From the NCBI GenBank assembly GCA_022710715.1, contig JAKLGJ010000003.1, forward strand, positions 25,083 through 89,082: a stretch of 64,000 bases of DNA, given 5' to 3'. Every line of letters starts with the position of its first letter. The stretch's first letter is position 1. The stretch is from Candidatus Omnitrophota bacterium (GTDB lineage Bacteria > Omnitrophota > Gorgyraeia > Gygaellales > Profunditerraquicolaceae). The notes beneath the pieces are model-generated. The model saw only the letters and a program-made list of their open reading frames with translations, made no database searches and was not told where the DNA came from. This document shows, one piece after another, positions 59,027 through 64,000 of this stretch. A program made the translations under genes and the position numbers.

Positions 59027-59815
59027 TTACAACAGGTTTTGAGACTTAAAGACGCTCTCTATGATCGTCCGGGCAGTCTTGCCCGATGGATTATCGCCTC
59101 CGATAATATTACACGCGAAAACGTAGGTCGTACCGTTATGCTCAAGAAAGCCTATAAACCAGCCCAAGTTCCATTTCCCATCCGGCCCCATGTCAGAGCC
59201 GGTCTTGCCATAAAGCGTTCCTTTATCGGTCTTCTCTGCCTGCATAACATCGCGCAGTATTGCGATATTCTTCTCAGAGAATGGAAGCTGACCGTCCAAA
59301 AGCTTATTCAAAAGAGCAACCTGCTCATCCGCGCTGATCTTGATGGATGTAGTATCCGGACGCGGAAGCCAGAAAATATCGATCCCTGATGAAATATCCT
59401 GTGAGCCGTAGCCGATCTTTTCAATATATTCCTTCATCCGGGCTTCGCCTATTTCCCGCGCCAATATCTGATATGCAGGAACGGCCGACACCCGAAACGC
59501 CTCACGTAGCGTTAAGTCCTGATTCCACCCTTCTATATCACGCTTCACCTCATCCCACTTATACCACGGCTCATCAGCGTCCTTGATAAGCCCGAGCTCC
59601 AGCCCGATAAGAGTGTTGTAAATCTTGAATGTCGAACAGGGCGCAAGGCGCTGGTTAGCGCGCGCGGGATTAATATTGACCATCTCACCGGTTGCGCGAT
59701 TATAGATCACTAGAGCCGCGTCATATCCCTGTAAAAGAGACCTGTCGATCTCTTGAGCAAACGCAACCGCGCTCATAAGCAAAAATCCAACGATCAAAGC
59801 GAATTTTTTCATCAT
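59027..59815 (-). CDS. class D (OXA-type) beta-lactamase
   Basis: Signal peptide. Active-site STFK, SAV (SxV), YGS (YGN-like), KTG and WNLG motifs in the expected order and spacing. Confidence 0.75.
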   Translation of the reverse strand: MMKKFALIVGFLLMSAVAFAQEIDRSLLQGYDAALVIYNRATGEMVNINPARANQRLAPCSTFKIYNTLIGLELGLIKDADEPWYKWDEVKRDIEGWNQDLTLREAFRVSAVPAYQILAREIGEARMKEYIEKIGYGSQDISSGIDIFWLPRPDTTSIKISADEQVALLNKLLDGQLPFSEKNIAILRDVMQAEKTDKGTLYGKTGSDMGPDGKWNLGWFIGFLEHNGTTYVFACNIIGGDNPSGKTARTIIESVFKSQNLL

Positions 59816-59921
59816 GCCCTTTTATTCCCCGACTACCGCCTCTGCCAAGCTCCTCATCGCATTACTATAATCCTGCCACCGGCCAGCCGAACGTATGGAT
59901 ATAAACTTTTCTCAACATACT

Positions 59922-60356
59922 CTACAGAATCTGCTCAAGTATCTCTGCCGCGTCTTTTACGAGCTTCGGGCAAATAGTACCGACAAGTTTTTTCTCTTTT
60001 ATGGCGTTCATTCCTTCGGGAGTACTCATATCATACCCCAGCAGTTCCTTGCAGACGATAGATCTGTTGCGAGCCTTAAAACCATCTACAAATTCTTTAA
60101 CCACCGCATAAACTTTATCCTTGGAGTTCTTGTCTACCGCATATTTAAGCCCGATCACCATAAATGCGCCGGTTACAGCTCCGCAAGTTTCGCCCATCCT
60201 GGCCATCCCGCCGCCAAAGGCCGAAGCGATTTTAAGCGCGGTTTTATTATCTATCCCCAATTCCTTGCCGTATGCAGAAAGTATCGCCTGCGAGCAGCTG
60301 AATCCCTCCTTAAAACAAAAAACCGCATCATCAACCTTTTTCATATCATGCCTCAT
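59922..60356 (-). CDS. C_GCAxxG_C_C family putative redox-active protein
   Basis: FSCSQAILSAYG ... ETCGAVTGAFMVIG ... C ... C pattern. Confidence 0.6.
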   Translation of the reverse strand: MRHDMKKVDDAVFCFKEGFSCSQAILSAYGKELGIDNKTALKIASAFGGGMARMGETCGAVTGAFMVIGLKYAVDKNSKDKVYAVVKEFVDGFKARNRSIVCKELLGYDMSTPEGMNAIKEKKLVGTICPKLVKDAAEILEQIL

Positions 60357-60360
60357 TGCT

Positions 60361-61266
60361 TCATTTCTTTAGCTTTGTCTCCGCAAGGATACTTTTGATC
60401 ATCCGCTCCAGCAGCACATTAAACTGATCAGGGGCTTCCAGCATGATGAAATGGCCATATCCCTTCATCAACGACATTTCGTATGACGGCACAAGTTTTT
60501 TGTTGCCGTCGACATTGGTCGGCCACAGGTCGGCATTCACGCTTTTCAGCGGCACGGTCAGACCTTTAATCAGCTCCGGATCCGACACCTTGAAATATTC
60601 CTTCATCGAGCTCAACGCCACCGTTTGCGGAGCCGATGACATATCCCGGGCGATTGTGTCGACCAGAGCTTTATCGGCGTTGGCCGGGAACATGCTGCGG
60701 ACAAATTCCTGCACTTTCGGCACGAAATCCGCGGCGATCGGCTCATAAATACTGTTTTTCACTTCGTCTGGATACACCTTGCCCAGGTCCTCAAGGGTAT
60801 CGACCCCGACCAGACCGATCACCCTTTCAGGCGAGATCTTAGCCGCATACAGTATGACCTCGCCTCCCATGGAATGCCCGACCAGAACCGCTTGCTTCAC
60901 ATCGAGTTGCTGCAATACTGCAGCCACGTCCCGGCCGAATGCTTCCGTGGTATAGACCTGCCTGCCGAAACCGGAATTGCCGTGACCGGCCAGATCGACG
61001 GTGATCACCCGGTATTTCTTCGAGAAATACGGGATTTGATTGTGCCAGTATCGGCTGTCGCAGCTCCACCCGTGCACAAAGACCACCGCCGGGTCAGTTG
61101 CCGGACCGTACACCGCATAGGCGATCGGCACGTTGTCCGCGGAAAGAACATTGGCCATCGGCTGCGTACGCGCAAGAGGCTCACAACCGCACGTGCACAA
61201 AGCAATGATAAGAACCATAATCATATAACGAGCGAACCTGATCATATGCGTTACTCCTTTTTTCAT
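60361..61266 (-). CDS. alpha/beta hydrolase fold protein (secreted)
   Basis: VVFVHGWSCDSRYW and nucleophile elbow GHSMGG. N-terminal signal peptide. Confidence 0.75.
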   Translation of the reverse strand: MKKGVTHMIRFARYMIMVLIIALCTCGCEPLARTQPMANVLSADNVPIAYAVYGPATDPAVVFVHGWSCDSRYWHNQIPYFSKKYRVITVDLAGHGNSGFGRQVYTTEAFGRDVAAVLQQLDVKQAVLVGHSMGGEVILYAAKISPERVIGLVGVDTLEDLGKVYPDEVKNSIYEPIAADFVPKVQEFVRSMFPANADKALVDTIARDMSSAPQTVALSSMKEYFKVSDPELIKGLTVPLKSVNADLWPTNVDGNKKLVPSYEMSLMKGYGHFIMLEAPDQFNVLLERMIKSILAETKLKK

Positions 61267-61307
61267 TGTTTCCTCATGTTTTGTTTTTGGTAATCCCTGG
61301 CGGCGAG

Positions 61308-62099
61308 CTATTGGATCGAAAAACCGCCGTCAATCACCAATTCCGCACCGGTTACATACCCGGATTCATCCGCAGCCAGGTAAAGAATCCCCGCAGCGAT
61401 CTCTTCCGGCTTAGCCATCCGTTTTAACGGCGAATTCTTAGCCATAATCTCCATCGCTTTTTCGTCGCCCCCGTGGGCGCGAGAAAATTCATTCCACCAG
61501 TTCGATTTCTTCCAGATCGGCGTATCCACGGCTGCAGGATGCACCGAATTGATCCTGATGCCGTCGCCGGCCGCAGCAGATTCCAATGCGGCTGACTTCG
61601 TCAAAAGGCGTATCCCGGCCTTGCTGGCGCAATATGCCGCGGCCCCGGGAGCAGCGACAATCCCCGCCACGGAAGACACATTAATGATTGCGCCGCCCCG
61701 CCCGGCCTTCCTCATCATTTCCAGAGAATATTTCAATCCGAGAAAAACGCTATCCAGATTAATCCTCATCACCGTCTGCCATTCCGCATAAGACATCTCC
61801 GTTATCGTCCCGGCAAATCCGATGCCGGCATTATTCACCAGCACATCCAACCTACCGTATTCTTTTTCGACTTCCGCAATTAACGCTCTCCAGGAATCTT
61901 CGCTTGTCACGTCGTGCTTAATGAACCTGCTCACGCCGCCTTTATGCGCAATGGAATCCGAGACCCTCTTGCCATTCTCCATATCGATATCCGCGATTAT
62001 GACCGAACACCCTTCCCGAGCGAAAAGAACTGACGTTGCTTCGCCGATTCCGGAAGCTCCTCCGGTAATAATGCACGCCTTTTCGGCAAATTTACCCAT
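61308..62099 (-). CDS. SDR family NAD(P)-dependent oxidoreductase
   Basis: ITGGASGIGEA cofactor motif, NNAG, and a YxxxK-like YCASKAG. Confidence 0.85.
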   Translation of the reverse strand: MGKFAEKACIITGGASGIGEATSVLFAREGCSVIIADIDMENGKRVSDSIAHKGGVSRFIKHDVTSEDSWRALIAEVEKEYGRLDVLVNNAGIGFAGTITEMSYAEWQTVMRINLDSVFLGLKYSLEMMRKAGRGGAIINVSSVAGIVAAPGAAAYCASKAGIRLLTKSAALESAAAGDGIRINSVHPAAVDTPIWKKSNWWNEFSRAHGGDEKAMEIMAKNSPLKRMAKPEEIAAGILYLAADESGYVTGAELVIDGGFSIQ

Positions 62100-62128
62100 T
62101 ATCTCTTCTTTTCTTTTTCTTTCATTGT

Positions 62129-62821
62129 TTACTTAGCGGCCAACAGGTTCAGTATCTCTTTTTCCCCCGCCTTTTTCAATCCTTCGATAACTTTCTTTTG
62201 CCATTTCGGAATCATGGAATTAAACATCCGTTGAATAATCGCTGCGTCACCTTTATGCAACAATGCCTTCAAAATATCCACAGCTGTATTCCTGTCTTTT
62301 ATCGCTTTTTCCTCCTTAAATCTGCGCTGGGAAATAATAAGCTTATGGAGAGCAAAAATGGCAGGATGGGGCATTGAGATATGAAAATCCTCGACTTTGA
62401 TTGTAATTAAATTATCTGCGAGCAGATTCAAGAATCTTAGCGCAACTGCATTCATGCCCAACTTTTCCAACAAAACCGGCTTGTCCGTACCTTTGCCTCT
62501 TTCCGGAACGAGGAACTCAAGCAACAAATCAGGATGATCAAGCTTGATATAGCCTTCGCTCCCTTTTAAAATCGTCACAAAGCCTAAATCTTTTAGAAGC
62601 TCGGGAACATTTACGGCGTGCTTTATCTTAGAGGGATTATCGATTAGAAAATCGATATCTCGAGTTCGCATGGCGGCTTGATCAATGTAAGGCACGTTAT
62701 TAAAATACTCTTTATAGAAATACACGCACCAGCTGCCGATAAGAATCAGCTCGTCTAAAATTCCTTCCTTATGAAATCTTTTTAAAATTTCAAAGCATAA
62801 ATCAGATTGCTTCTTTTCCAC
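62129..62821 (-). CDS. nucleotidyltransferase-fold protein (AbiEii/Lnu-like GS...DIDF motif), possible TA/defence toxin
   Basis: LILIGSWCVYFY...MRTRDIDFLI resembles the GG..(D/R)DIDF motif of the AbiEii and Lnu NTases. Confidence 0.35.
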   Translation of the reverse strand: MEKKQSDLCFEILKRFHKEGILDELILIGSWCVYFYKEYFNNVPYIDQAAMRTRDIDFLIDNPSKIKHAVNVPELLKDLGFVTILKGSEGYIKLDHPDLLLEFLVPERGKGTDKPVLLEKLGMNAVALRFLNLLADNLITIKVEDFHISMPHPAIFALHKLIISQRRFKEEKAIKDRNTAVDILKALLHKGDAAIIQRMFNSMIPKWQKKVIEGLKKAGEKEILNLLAAK

Positions 62822-63134
62822 GTAAGGAACTCCTTAAAAATCTTATTTGTTTTTTGACTTGAGCTAATAATTTCTTGTACTTCGCCCTTAGCTCTTTAGC
62901 TTCTCCATATTTCTTTTTTTCTTCTTCAGATATTTTTCCCTTATAGATATACTTGACCTTTCTGTCTATCCTTTTTACTAAATAATAATACTCGTGCCCC
63001 CTGATTCTTCTTATTGCAAGGCACCCCTTGGGCAATCCACTCAATGCCGCTTCATATTCCTTCTTCATACGAAGAGAATTTTCAAGCTCTTCTGCCAATA
63101 CACCTTTTATCACGCCTCTCATAATTCCTCCCAT
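62802..63134 (-). CDS. small basic hypothetical protein, partner of the NTase (overlaps by 20 nt)
   Basis: 110 aa and Lys-rich. Its stop overlaps the start of the downstream NTase gene. Confidence 0.35.
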   Translation of the reverse strand: MGGIMRGVIKGVLAEELENSLRMKKEYEAALSGLPKGCLAIRRIRGHEYYYLVKRIDRKVKYIYKGKISEEEKKKYGEAKELRAKYKKLLAQVKKQIRFLRSSLRGKEAI

Positions 63135-63286
63135 TACCCAACAGACTACGTTAGAATATAACTTGTTGGGTAACCGATGTCAAGAAAAAAATTACCCAAC
63201 GAACGGCGATATTGCGCATTCTGTTGGGTAACAAATATGCATTTGTAAAATCCTCTTTTCATGCCACTGTACTCCATTGCGCTCCG

Positions 63287-64000
63287 CTATTTTTCCGCGA
63301 CCACGAGCATTTCGAAATCTTCCGGGGTCAGCTTGTCTTTCCTCGAAAAAGCCCCGAGTTTCGCGCCGAAGATGTCGATTTTCTTGAACCCGAGCGCTTT
63401 TAAAAGCCACGCTATCTCGCTGGGCACGTAATAACGCTCGTTACACGTAAGCTCCCTTTTATTGCCGGAATCGTCCTCAAAAACAACGGTGTTATGATCC
63501 CGGAAAGTCATCAGATCAAAGGAGCACTCCTTACACTGGGACTGGCCTTCTTTCTGCGCCGACTTATAGAAATCATTGACCGAATGGAACAGCGGAAACA
63601 ACCCGTTTAACGTAGTAAATATGAATTTGCCTTTTTCTTTCAACGCCTTCGTCGCGTTTCTAAGTATCTCGAAATTCATCTCATCTGTTTCCATAAGAGA
63701 AAACCCGCCTTCGCACAACATAATCGCCAGATCAAATTCACCGTCAAACGGAAGATTGCGGGCATCTTGTGTTTGGAAGTCGATGGTCAAGCCTGTCTCC
63801 TGTGCTTTTTCCCGTGCCCTTTTGATCTGATTCTCGGAAAGGTCAACGCCGGTAACGTTGTATCCCCTTTTCGTAAGTTCAATCGAATGCCTGCCTGTCC
63901 CGCATCCGACATCAAGTATTCTTACATTTTTGTTATGCTTTAACTCCTGTTCAATAAAATCGCATTCCCCAAGTGTCCCCTGAACAAAACACTCTTTATC
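63287..64000 (-). CDS. class I SAM-dependent methyltransferase, 5' end beyond window
   Basis: The reading frame is open to the window edge. Upstream in-frame translation gives RILDVGCGTGRHSIELTKRGYNVTGVDLS (motif I). The track's TTG start at 63790 is internal. Confidence 0.6.
   Translation of the reverse strand, partial: DKECFVQGTLGECDFIEQELKHNKNVRILDVGCGTGRHSIELTKRGYNVTGVDLSENQIKRAREKAQETGLTIDFQTQDARNLPFDGEFDLAIMLCEGGFSLMETDEMNFEILRNATKALKEKGKFIFTTLNGLFPLFHSVNDFYKSAQKEGQSQCKECSFDLMTFRDHNTVVFEDDSGNKRELTCNERYYVPSEIAWLLKALGFKKIDIFGAKLGAFSRKDKLTPEDFEMLVVAEK

Overview
This 64-kb window appears to come from a Gram-negative-type bacterium, possibly a candidate-phylum lineage. Nearly every gene is on the minus strand. 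All calls rest on reading the six-frame track and the sequence by eye; no searches were run.

The left two thirds (1 to ~37.3 kb) look chromosomal and hold four things of note. First, a type IV pilin / pseudopilin operon with its own promoter and terminator. Second, the outer-membrane LPS-assembly gene lptD, a transaldolase, a ROK kinase, accD and a DUF1015 gene. Third, a heat-shock super-operon hspR-clpB-hrcA-grpE-dnaK-dnaJ that carries a C/G-swapped but still perfectly palindromic CIRCE operator upstream of clpB. Fourth, two tandem GGDEF diguanylate cyclases and several large secreted proteins.

Three of those secreted-protein genes are preceded by a shared structured 5' leader, one on the plus strand and two on the minus strand. 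The leader has a conserved AAAGCCACGG(G/A)UCG core plus a conserved intrinsic terminator. The best copy aligns position by position to the c-di-GMP-I (GEMM) riboswitch aptamer. Together with the two diguanylate cyclases this suggests a c-di-GMP regulon controlling secreted surface proteins.

The right third (~37.3 to at least 58.3 kb) looks like an integrated mobile element, though only its left junction can be located. A large serine recombinase overlaps the 5' end of miaB and is followed by an unlisted 59-aa Xis-like HTH gene. Further in are a prim-pol / P4-type primase-helicase with an adjacent iteron array and two diverged ~250-bp regulatory repeats. The main cargo is a 13-gene co-directional array: AbiEi/AbiEii, a PPP phosphatase, RadC, type I HsdR/M/S, a membrane protein, two ComEC-like MBL-fold nucleases, two TPR proteins and a small protein. 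The six genes after hsdS are a candidate undescribed defence module coupled to the restriction system.

A class D (OXA-like) beta-lactamase and a second nucleotidyltransferase pair lie just beyond the AbiE genes.
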